From Styela clava (taxonomy: Eukaryota), in NCBI RefSeq assembly GCF_964204865.1, contig NC_135258.1:9300001-9364000 (forward strand): 64,000 bases of DNA. Direction: 5' to 3'. Positions 1 through 12,772 of the stretch are shown piece after piece; the first letter of the stretch is position 1; each line of letters starts with the position of its first letter. The notes beneath the pieces are model-generated. The model searched no databases and was not told the DNA's origin. It worked only from the letters and a program-made list of their open reading frames with translations. Made by a program: the position numbers and the translations under genes.

Positions 1-1305
1 ACCCGTCATTATGTATGTAGATAAAGCCATGTCGTAAACTTTCACTTCCGAATCATCGTTAGTTGTACATTTTGAATTACCAAGTTCATCAGGAGACATC
101 TCCCGCCCGATGGCGCTCAATACAACTACCAGCACAATGCCTTGAAGTTGACCGAACATGAATAAAATGCCGGAACTAGTGGCTTCGCCAACGGGATAAG
201 TTGTTTCAACGGAAAGCTCGTTTCCGATTGGATAAACAGGTAGACCGAACAAGCCAAAAACCCCGCAAGATATGGCGATCGGTACCCACAGTCCTTCGCG
301 ATTGTGCATTACAGCAAACGCGACCAGAGACAGGCAAGCTATTGTGTAACAAATTTTTGTTATCTCCAAATATCGTTTGGTTTTATCTACTATGATTCCG
401 GCAATTGCTGCCCCGACCAATCCTGCTCCGATCATGGCTGAAGCACAAACGACTCCGGCAAAACTGGCATCATATCCCCAAGGACAAAGCATTTGGGAAA
501 GTAAAGTTGTCAGCACACTAAACAAAGCTATGCCTCCCCCGACTGCCCATGCTAACAGCCAGTAAGGACCATTTTTGAAGAGTGCTTTAACACCCACCAC
601 AAAAGACTCAGACGGAGTTTCTGCACTTGCCGACGGTGGGGTAGGAGGATTATTTGAACATACACCAAAGGTTGCCATGACGACTGCAAAAATACCAGGA
701 ATACTTTCAATCCCCAACATAAAAAGCATTTTATCTGCAGTCGGGGCTAGTATGGGTGAAAGTATGTTAGCAAGCATGATTCCAAGAGGGTTGCTCATGG
801 TAGCAACCATATTTGCAGTGGCTCGTTGGTTCTCGGGAAACCAGAGAGCTGCCAGTTTTGTTGGAGCAAACAACATGAAGGGTTGCGCAAGAGCTGCAAG
901 TGTGGTCCCAACAAAGACCAATGGCACCCGCGCGTCTTCTGAAATTCCGTCAACGGCGCTGACAATTCTGAAAATCGATCCCAAAAAATTCAGCCAGGCA
1001 CTTAAAACAATCGATGCTCGTAGACCAAAGGTATCTAGCAACCACGTCGCTATAATTCCACAAGGAATGCCAGTTATCATGTAAACAACAGATAGTAGAT
1101 TGACAATAGCGAGTTCAATATTATAGAAGTCAGCCGTAATGTAAGCTACCGGTGCAAACGCTAGCCATTGTAAAGCATTCGATATGTTCAAAATCGCCAA
1201 AGTTGCTAGAATGACCCATCTTCTATTATAAACTTTGAATTGTTCGATCTTCGGTGGCTGACTACGTTTCTCAATTGTCGCATGAGATGTTCCGTTGGCT
1301 TCCAT
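1..1305 (-). CDS. SLC49A3: MFS transporter, SLC49A3/MFSD7 (FLVCR family); 3' end runs off the window; no intron in the visible part
   Basis: Manual minus-strand translation from ATG 1305: MEANGTSH...FKVYNRRWVILATLAILNISNALQWLAFAPVA...WLLDTFGLRASI...LAALAQPFMLFAPTKLAALWFPENQRATANMVATMSNPLG, which are SLC49 family motifs. Absent from the ORF track because the stop is outside the window. Confidence 0.85.
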   Translation of the reverse strand, partial: MEANGTSHATIEKRSQPPKIEQFKVYNRRWVILATLAILNISNALQWLAFAPVAYITADFYNIELAIVNLLSVVYMITGIPCGIIATWLLDTFGLRASIVLSAWLNFLGSIFRIVSAVDGISEDARVPLVFVGTTLAALAQPFMLFAPTKLAALWFPENQRATANMVATMSNPLGIMLANILSPILAPTADKMLFMLGIESIPGIFAVVMATFGVCSNNPPTPPSASAETPSESFVVGVKALFKNGPYWLLAWAVGGGIALFSVLTTLLSQMLCPWGYDASFAGVVCASAMIGAGLVGAAIAGIIVDKTKRYLEITKICYTIACLSLVAFAVMHNREGLWVPIAISCGVFGLFGLPVYPIGNELSVETTYPVGEATSSGILFMFGQLQGIVLVVVLSAIGREMSPDELGNSKCTTNDDSEVKVYDMALSTYIMTG

Positions 1306-1487
1306 CCTTTATATAAATATTTATAAATGATATCTAAAGCATATAATTAACACAACATAAGAATACGCTTAGAAATACAAAATAGGCCCTAACTAAATGG
1401 ATCCTGACTTAAAATAATGTATGAATTTAGCAAATATACGTTTGAAATGCTACATATTTCACTTCTGCAATTCCTAATTATAAGATT

Positions 1488-1597
1488 GGTGCTCCTGAAG
1501 TATGCGCACCAAGATGTCGCATAACCTGAACTATAACCTGGTACACAACCTGAGTTCAGATCGTGCGCCATCTTGGTGCGCATACTTCACGAGGTCC
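1488..1597 (-). mobile_element. 110-bp hairpin MITE, copy 1
   Basis: Inverted arms ctcctgaagtatgcgcaccaagatg ... catcttggtgcgcatacttcacgag. A same-length, highly similar copy lies in reverse orientation at 36953-37062. Confidence 0.75.
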
Positions 1598-4500
1598 ATG
1601 ATTTCCTAGTCACCAAAAGAATTCACAAAAATTTGCACGCTAAACTAAAACTAATATCGTAGAATGCTTACTCATATGAATTCATGACGAAACAGGAAAA
1701 ATGTTGTGCGGCTTATTCGGGAGTGAATATGAGTGTTGCATTAATACAGGGCGTGAATAATTAGTTTGCCTTTGCAACACAATCAGTGTAAACGGTATTT
1801 GATTAAACAGAGTTCATGTTTTCGCAACATTCGGGTACATAATTTCCCGGAATAACCACTTCATTTGATGTGACGATAGGACCATGGGCAATCAGAGTCG
1901 ATGTAAATAAATTTAAGCAATAATATACATTCACTAGACTAGCCTGTAAAAGACAGAAGTGAAACAATCGTTTCGCGTGTAAAACGTAGCATTTAAACAG
2001 GCTCGTCAGTGGTGTGCAATAAACATATGCCCCTAATGTTACCGTCGAATTGTCAATGATGAAAACTTGGAATTTTCCCAAGACTTTGTATTCTCATACC
2101 AAACTTAAATAATATGCTGGCATTTGCTGTCACCAATATGGTGTTCATAGAGGCGCACTTTCCTCGACAAGAAATTATGCTGACATTCTCACACATCTTC
2201 CTATTCTGTCAAGTTCTATTTGTTATCCTACTTCCCCTGAACTACCAAAGTCTAATGACTTGTATACGGAGTTGATACATATAATCTCAGTACACTGTGT
2301 TTGCATAAGGTTATGGGTTCGGGTGGAGTCCACACATTTATATGTGATTCGACAACAACACCAATATTTGAACAGTTATGAAACGACATTACATTGTGAT
2401 AATAAAGTAGTCTATAATAAATGAAAATCCACCTTGCCTCACGCGATTGTCAATCCAACACTCGCAAGTGACAAAATGACTTCCATATTATTATGAAATC
2501 ATCGATTTATAACTAAATATTACCTTTTTCAAATATGTAATTTCAAAATTGTATTTCTCCGTAAGTTCCAAAGCTGTAACAATTATAGCAAGAAGGGAGT
2601 ATACATATATTACAAAACGCAGTTTGCCTTATATGTCTAAAAATATTTTAGTCGACTTATGGCATATTTAGAAATTTTGTATTCAGTTTAGAATTGGCCA
2701 CAGCTTAATTTCGCGTAAGAGATCTCAATGATCAAAATCCATCGAATGCTTTTGAAATATCCAAAGTAAGTAAACTCTCATCCGTTAACTGTCATCCACT
2801 ACTAGACCAAAATATTTTAAGGCAAAAGTATTAATTCAAAAACTTCAGTTATGTGGTAATATACCGCATATCTCCTATTATTACCCATTGCTCTTTTTTA
2901 TCATATTGACCTTAGCTGTTTTAAGTATCCTCCAAGTATTACTAACGCTAAGCTCACCGCTATAATTTTAATATTGGTGTAAGCTTGTGGTCACACGTAC
3001 CTTTGCTTGGAAATCATTTTCTTTGCTACTTGGTGAGTGCGCATGACCTTGCTTTAAGCGTATTTTCCCGCGCGATTTTTTCGTTGTATTCTTTTGGTTA
3101 TTACTTATCGATCTTGATCGGTAAGTATGTTGATAGGTATTTCTCTGTTTGTTAGACACTTTCGTATGTTACAGAAAGCGAGGTTGAATCTGCTCCAAAT
3201 TTTGCATGTGCATTCATCATATCTCGGATCAAAGGCCTATTGATTTTGGATAAATTATGTCGTATTATTAGCGAATTATTAATTAATTAGTGATGTGACA
3301 CGCGGTGCCACTATTAGGTCAGAGCGAAGTTTTGGGGGGTCCCTCGCTTTTTTTTTTCTTTTAGATTTTTTTTACCTATGCAGATCAGATATTTTTGCGA
3401 ACGATTGTGTGCGTAGCAATGCCCTGTCTGCGATGTGGAGCGTTTAGGTATTTTGGTTACACGCCGCTTCGACATTGTGGGGCTGGTCGAGTAAAAGATT
3501 AAAAAAGCGGAAGATCTATAAGTCGTCGGTCTCCGATTGCTATCTAGTTATTCGGCCAACAAGTCGACATTCAAACGACTGGTAGAAAACCACATTGCTT
3601 TTCCGTTAACCCGTGGGTAAATATAAACACAAAGACTAACATGTCGATAATATATGAACGTTTAACAATACCATTACGTTTTTCTCAAAACTGCTAAAAA
3701 TGACTTACGCAATTCGGTTATTAGCGTGACGATATGCTATTATTATTTCAACGCCAAAACGAAGTGGCAGGCATAGGCTACGGGTATCGACTCTTTTTCA
3801 ATGCCGTTACCGCAGTATTCCCAACTTCGACTGACTGAGTTCAATCTATGAGTCCATTCGGTTTCCAATTTGGAAATAAATTCTGCTTGATTTTCGACAA
3901 CTGCAAAAGAACTCATTATTCAGTTGGATAATCGCAGATTTACCCGTATCTTTACGTTACCGAGTATTTTCCAAAATCAGTACGAATTATGGCAAATCCA
4001 ACTAATTTCTCTTTTAATGTTGAAAATGTTGTTACATTTTTTTCTGACTAATCGAAAATATGAGCATTTATTTTCCGTCAAGTAATCGCGTCAACAACAT
4101 TGAAAATGATTTATATTTGAGACTATTCCTATTTTGATTCTACCTCCGCATACACCTACATTCAATTGGTGCTTTTGCCCATGGGTTAGGTTTAGTATGG
4201 GTTCAAACATCAGTAAAACAAAAAAAAAATTCCATAGGTGCAATAGTATGTAGATGCAATTGTCGTGGGTTCAAATGTATGTGCTAATCATTCTGCCATT
4301 TCCACGGCGAGGGTTTCTGAAAGTAAGCGTAAACATATTTTACGAAAAACGGACGAAAAGAATTTTAATGCATTTTTCCAATTGAACGAAGTTCATTGAA
4401 TGTGTGCTCTAGAGTTGGCTGCAACTGAGTTTTTGCTTTGATATTTTTTAAAGGTTTTGCTCGCTCTCCGGAATCCTCCATTTTTTATTTGTTTGTATTG

Positions 4501-4703
4501 TCAGATTGTGGAGTTTTCGAAATAAAACTATCTAAATCTTTCAACGAAGAAGGGGTTACTGGAACTAATAATAATATGACTCAAGACAAGATGTGGAATT
4601 ATTATTATTAAAGTAGCAAAAATCTCCGTGTCCGGTGTGATTAGCATGTTATACTTATATGATATATCACAGTTTGTTTAAATAAAATTAAAGACCTATT
4701 AGG

Positions 4704-4810
4704 TAGGCTTTCCATAGTCATACGTCCCGGTTTAGCCGGGGCAGTCCCGGTTTTGAGAACTTGTCCCGGCGTCCCGCCCGATGGACTCAAATGTCCCGGT
4801 TATGCAGTAT
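4704..4810 (+). mobile_element. Left end of an hAT-like element, interrupted by a related element
   Basis: Begins taggctttccata followed by GTCCCG subterminal repeats, paralleling the start of the 4811 element. The right end was not identified. Confidence 0.55.
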
Positions 4811-5436
4811 TAGGCTTACCATACGTCCCGCTTTAGGCGGGACAGTCTCGCTTTTTAGCGTCTTGTCCCGCCATCCCGACAAGTCAGCCAAAAGTCCCGC
4901 TTTTGCGTTCAGCCATTCAGCATAATACACGAACGTGTTCTCGTTACTGTGTAGCGCAACGCTAGCCTACTTAATGAAGGTGAATGCGGTTTTTTGTTTG
5001 TTTCGTTGTTTCCCACTAGCATTGTTAGCGAACGTATCACATGAAAATCAATTCTAATTGGTTCTGTTCGGACGTTCACGTGAATGTAACATTGAACAAC
5101 GTCTTTTTGAAGGTGTTATCTACAGAAAAGCATGCTTGGGCGAATAAGTAAATTCCCAATGCTTGAAGACGACAGACTATTTCTTTTTTCTTTATTCCTT
5201 TTGCTGTACATAAAAAAATCCAAATTCGGATCATTTGTATCGTTAGCGTCTATTCCTTTCTATTTTTTGAACTGAACCCGATATTTAGACAGACATTATG
5301 CGCATGAACTCTCGAGGACAATATCGTCAATGAAGACAGCCGAGATGGCTTAATTGTAGGCCTATGTAGTGAAATCGGAAACTATAAAGTTACAGCAGGC
5401 GTCCCGCTTTGTAGTCAAAAAAAAATGGTAACCCTA
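4811..5436. mobile_element. Non-autonomous hAT element (626 bp)
   Basis: TIR taggcttaccat / atggtaacccta (11/12). Perfect 8-bp TSD tgcagtat at 4803-4810 and 5437-5444. GTCCCG subterminal repeats. Confidence 0.88.
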
Positions 5437-6837
5437 TGCAGTATGGCAGTCATAAACAATTTTTTTTTTTATATAACATTAATACATTTTTTAACGGAAA
5501 CATTTGTCCCTTATTCGCTAGTTCAGAGAGGTAGAGAGAAAGAGAGAGGTAGCGATAATTTGACACCCAACGTTAACTGAACTGCCGATAAATTATCAAA
5601 ATGCCAAATGGAGAAACTAAAAAAACTAAAATGAGCTATTACGGGACCGGTATAGGCCCCACGTAGTTCATAACTGCATTCAATATCATACCATGGATAT
5701 ATACCTTTCCCGTTTGCGTAGGAAGTCTTGTTGTCAAAACGTAGGCCTATAAATATTTTCATATTTACACTGTTCGATTATTGAGTACCAATGGCTATTG
5801 CAGTATGGCAACCGCATGTGTCTTCCTTTATTACCTGTCATGCAACGGATTATTGTGTTCGAAAGATTAAAGTGTTCGAAGAATTGAAAAGGTATTTTAA
5901 TTCTCAAGGATATCCCACTCTTATAAAAAACATTTGGCGATCCCACGTACGAACTAATTTATGGCTAATTTGATGCGCGGTATCGACTGTCAATGGTATG
6001 CTAGAAGTTTCAGATATTATTAAGCCCCGGAATCGAACTAAGTTTGTACATGATGAGCTTACTATTAGGATTGCTATTTTTAAAATTGATAAAGATAATT
6101 TTGTTTTGCTAGTATTAGGTTAGCTTTTATATATTTTCAAAGGTAATACAATTCAAACAATAAAAGACAATTAAATTATTGCATGGGGGTTCATCGAGTC
6201 ACTAATGTGTTTCATTGAAGTTCAACTCTACGAAAAAGCCTAAAAACCACTGGCTTATAGCCAAATTAATACACACTGTCGCAAGGATAAATTTGTCCAA
6301 AGTTACCCCCAGCAATCTTCCGGCGTTGTAGCGACATCCTGTGGCGGACTAACCCTTTTTCTTTATTTCCTAATCGCCCGATCTCCTTTGGTTACGTTAA
6401 TGTCGGTCATTCCCTTTCTCCGATTTCAGGATTACGTTTGTTTCTTGGTGACGTTATGTAGTTTTTCGCGTCGGATGATGAAACCGAGGGAAATGTGCCA
6501 GGTTTGATCTATTGCACCTATATTACGGCTTTATATTTGTGACTTAATGGTTTTTTAAAGTGTGTTTCATAACCTGCCGTTGTAGCTGGCAGTACAGCAC
6601 CAAACCAGCAAGCTGTCCCGGGCTACCTGTACCGGTAATTTTTTAACTACGGATAAACAAATCAAAAATATGGCTATTTGATTCAAGAAGTAATCCTGCC
6701 ATGCAACAGTAGTTCAATAACGCTAGACTATGCTTGTACAGTCGTAACTCCAAAACTCTGTAATTTAATATCTGAATACAGCCTAGCTGCCGTTGAATTG
6801 CGATAAAATGACTTTATTAACTCAACCATTTATTGTC

Positions 6838-6846
6838 CAAATGGCG
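6838..6846 (+). promoter_or_regulatory. YY1-like motif (caaatggcg), probable PP1 TSS region
   Basis: Resembles the YY1 core AANATGGCG. It lies about 120 nt before a gtaagt donor at 6966. Confidence 0.3.
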
Positions 6847-6965
6847 TCAAAATCTCAGTGAAACATTCATGCGGTACTTGAAACTTTTTCTTCAAGTTTT
6901 GAGTTTATCAGAAAATTTTTATTATTGGAATAATTATTTTTCTGGACATCTGATTATTACTTTTT

Positions 6966-8569
<1,604 letters not shown>

Positions 8570-10935
8570 TGTGCTACCTAAACCAAATTTTTTTTTTGTA
8601 TAATATTATCGATTTCTCCGTTTTTAGTAATGCACAGACTATGTTACCATCATCGAGCTGATTTGGACTTCTGTTACCACTGTCGGCCACAAATGATCAA
8701 CGGGACTCAATTGGATATAAGACAGTGACTCGTTGGTCAAATAAACTGACAGCTCTGTCTTTGTGTTAACTGTTCATCAAGCAGATACACAAAGTTCACT
8801 TCTAAAGCTATTCGAATTGGCACACTCATCTGTACAGAATTGCTGTTCAAGGTGTCAATAATGAGTGGTTTACTTTGTTTCATTTTTTGTACTAGTTTGT
8901 TTCAGATCACTTTTTTGTTCCCTTCTTCCTAGCAGCTTAGTCTTTGCACTGTCTGGCATTGAGTTAATTGATAAGTCCAAATTACAATCTTCCATACATT
9001 TGGTAGCAATTGTACACGTTTGTAAAATGGAATGCCAATACTATTCAAAAACAGAACTTGTAGACCAATTATGCATATGCTCGTGAGACCTAACCATTCG
9101 GCAAATTTTACGAATAAAAAGGTTTCAAACTATATCAAGATGAAAATATCTTCATGATTCTGACGTAGATCTCAGAAATGATTTTTTAACTCGATTTCAT
9201 CATAATGTATTCAACGTCAGTTACTAAAATATTTATAGGAATATATTAAAATCTGTATCCATTTTCCTTTTGATCCTCTTTGCCCTTTTTAAGCAAATGC
9301 AGCCATTATGGTTTTATTTTATGTTCATATCCCTGGCATCTAATTTTTAGGCAGTTCAGTTGAATTCTATTTGAATTTTCAAGTATCGTAATTACATAAT
9401 TATCTTTCGAAATTGAATATCCATCAATATTACTTACTAAAAAGTGGTAAATTTATCTGTTGATCAATTTTCACTTATTTCAGCATCTACAAACTATAGT
9501 TGTCATCATTTCTGTTATTTGTTGACTCGTTTTTGAAATATTGTCGAAATGTACAGCCCTTTAGTCTAGTAAAAAAATGGTATTTCATGACACATTGACT
9601 CAATATTGTCATTACTGTTTCCACCTTTCATAACATGGCAAATTTTTTAAATCAAAGTTGATTTTCCCTCTTAATTGGCGTGTTTTGATCTTTCTGGTAG
9701 ACCCGAAGACTTTATACATAATTCATGGAACCTACAGCAGACATGATCGTATTTTATGCAATTTGTTTCTGGGATTGTATCAAAATTAACGATTCCGAGA
9801 ATTGTAAAATTGAATGTTCAAACAGATTATCAAGTTAACATGTTTTTATCAAGTTGTTGGAGTTAATCTATTGAATGAATTATTCTATATTGATGCATGG
9901 AAAGAGGTAACGAGATAGGATGTGTATTATATGTGATATATTTTATAGCACATTTCTTTATGTGACATGTGTTTAATTGACTGTTAATTGCTCCTATCAT
10001 CGCTTCATCATCATTCATATACTGTCTTTTATGGGGATCTAGTTATGTGCTGTTGATCCATGCCGCTGGCCAGAAATTGACTACAGTTTGGCATATGTAA
10101 TTATACTAACACATAAATTATCTATCAAAGTTTTTCAGTGATTTGATTAGTGATGTTCCAAAAAGTTTTTATTTGAATGATTTGGCGCTGAAATTAATAT
10201 ACTATTCATTACAGTAAAAAATGATTATTTATCGATGAATTAAAGTCATTAGTGGTTATTTTCTGGCTGGTGCACACTTGATTCAACTGCGTCATCGTAC
10301 GTAGTTTATAGCGAGCTTGGTTTGATCTTCTTACGCATTGTTAAAGTGCTTTTATTTAATTTGGCCAGTCATTGTTGTTGCATTTTAATTTCTCTCACAA
10401 GTTAAAAGATTCAAAACTTTACATATCCCGTTGGGAAATCAGGTATCAAATCATATCCATTAAAGCATGAAAATTTTTGGATAATAATATGAAAAAAAAT
10501 GAAATTAAAACTTTTGAAAAATAAAATATTTTTGGGGCGCTCCCAGTGAAATTTTATATTTAAAATGATATATCTAAAATTAAAATGAATTTTTGCACAT
10601 CAACATCCTTTTAATACAATACTCATTCTGTAATTGATATTGTAATCTAGTAAATGATACATGCTTTGTTGAATATGATTTGATATCTAATTTCTTTATA
10701 GGATAGCAGTACCCATGATTTGTCTTGTTCATTAAACTTCATTGTATTTGTGTATTATTTAGATTTTATCTATGTTAATAAGGTCGTAATAGCAGCAATA
10801 ATGGAGTAATGATGGATTAGTTGGAAAAAGGAAAAATACTTACGAACAATGGAGATTTAATGAATCTCAATCTGCGGAAATATAAAAGTAGCGAGTCTGA
10901 TTGCAAAAACGAATATTGAGGAATACGAAGCTAAG

Positions 10936-11403
10936 ATGGCTGGTGGGGGAGACTTATCAAGATTTGAGAAGGTGACGAGAAAATTTGAGTACCTTGATCA
11001 CACTGCAGATGTACAAATTCACTCATGGGGAGAGGATTTGTCAGAGGCTTTTGAACAAGCTGCGATGGGAATGTTCAACTACATGACGGACATCGATGGT
11101 GTTTGTCCAGAATCACACAGAGAAATAGAAGTCGAAGGAGAGGATTTAGAATCACTTTTGTACAAGTTTTTAGACGAATTCTTATTTATGATGTCTTGTG
11201 TACCGTATTATATTCCCAGGGAAGTAAAAATAACGGAGTTTGACGAGAAAGAATTTAAAATAAAAGCTGTCGGATATGGAGAGGAATTCGACGAAAAAAG
11301 ACATGGCGGACAAGGTACTGAAATCAAAGCAATTACATACAGTGCAATGGAGATCTTAACAACACCCGGCTCTGCTCAAACCTTTGTTATTGTTGATATA
11401 TAG
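10936..11403 (+). CDS. ZBTB8OS: Archease (RtcB/tRNA ligase cofactor), 155 aa, intronless
   Basis: FEYLDHTADVQIHSWG, GTEIKAITYS and terminal IVDI archease motifs. Confidence 0.95.
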   Translation: MAGGGDLSRFEKVTRKFEYLDHTADVQIHSWGEDLSEAFEQAAMGMFNYMTDIDGVCPESHREIEVEGEDLESLLYKFLDEFLFMMSCVPYYIPREVKITEFDEKEFKIKAVGYGEEFDEKRHGGQGTEIKAITYSAMEILTTPGSAQTFVIVDI

Positions 11404-11454
11404 TTTTTTGAAAGAAGAATTGTTTAGCTGTTATACTTGATTTATGAGATATAT

Positions 11455-11823
11455 TAGCAATTCTCAACCTTTTTTTAGAACTGCGGAACCCCTTTTATAA
11501 CTTTTGAAACCATACTGGGGATTGGAATATCATTACTCTTCCTTTACTTTTATGTGAATCACTCTTCAAAATTAGTTAAATTTGTCCGTTTTCAAAACAT
11601 AAAATAATTCTATACAAATGTTTGTTTGGTCAGTCTACCTCATTCACAATTTTTTTTCGTTTGTTAAAAAATTGAAAATCACAAAAAATTATGATTTTAA
11701 TAATACACAATTTGATACATAATTTTGTGCATGCGTGATCATTCGCTTTCTCCTTTCTTACTATTGAGCTGACTAGGTGGTGGCAATACCTACAAAAAAT
11801 CAATGAAAAATTGGGTACCACTG
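11455..11823. mobile_element. Degenerate Charlie/hAT-like MITE
   Basis: Ends tagcaattctcaacc...gcggaacccc and ttgggtaccactg resemble CAGTGGTTCCCAA-type TIRs. No clear TSD. Confidence 0.4.
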
Positions 11824-12772
11824 TATTTAACTATCCTTCTCCCATGTATTACTTTAATTGTTTGGATCAATACATTCAAGGTTGAGCGCTCAATTACCAT
11901 ATGCCCTTTCATTCCCCGGAGATACCAATCAGACAATCTTGACTAAATAGGTTCTAATGAGTAGTGTATCAGTTCAATATCTTTGGCCTATAATACTTTT
12001 TCCTCGTGCAAAAGTTACAAGGAAAAATAGAATCCCATAATTGGTTATGGATTCTTCTTGTTAAAAAAAACAAATTCTATACTATGCAAATTAGTGATCA
12101 ATACGAACATGATTTGAAACTGTAACCTTCAGCTAAATTCCAAAATTAGAATTGTACTTGAATATCTGCCAGCTATGACGTCCATGGTCATATCAAGTTG
12201 CATCAATAGTACGTGTGTCTATTATAAACACAAGAACTGACATAACTCTCTTGTGTAAGTTCATGGTACCTGGCAATAGCATGGAAATATTTTTAGTACT
12301 GTTGACGTCAAGCTCTTGAATGTAATTATCAACATACATTGTGTCATAGCCTGGAATATAATTTATTAGTTCATTTTTATTTATGAATAAATTTTTTATG
12401 ACATGACTATGTGGTATAAGATTTGGGTAAATTTGTACATATTTCCAACTTTAATTGTATTGCAATAGTGTCAACAATGGTCCAAGAAGATCTACGTTTA
12501 TTGTGTTGAAGCGTCTGCCCCGAACCTTGATGTACTTTTAAAACTATTGTCTGTTATTTTGACCCTTTTTAAAATTACTTCTATCAAGTTTTAAGATATT
12601 GATGAAGTTTTTTTTTATACGACTTAGTGCACATCTTTATTCATGCCTTTTATTCTCTCATTGTATTTGATGTTCATAGATTGTATGAAATGTGAACTAA
12701 TTTTTTGTGATTTTTATTTCAATGGCGACAGGCGAAGGAAGCAGTTGTTAGATAAGTTGATTATTTTGAAAA

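Noticed and set aside
201-1084. Plus-strand ORFs of 62-169 aa
   Set aside because: Antisense shadows of the SLC49A3 CDS, with no recognisable motifs.
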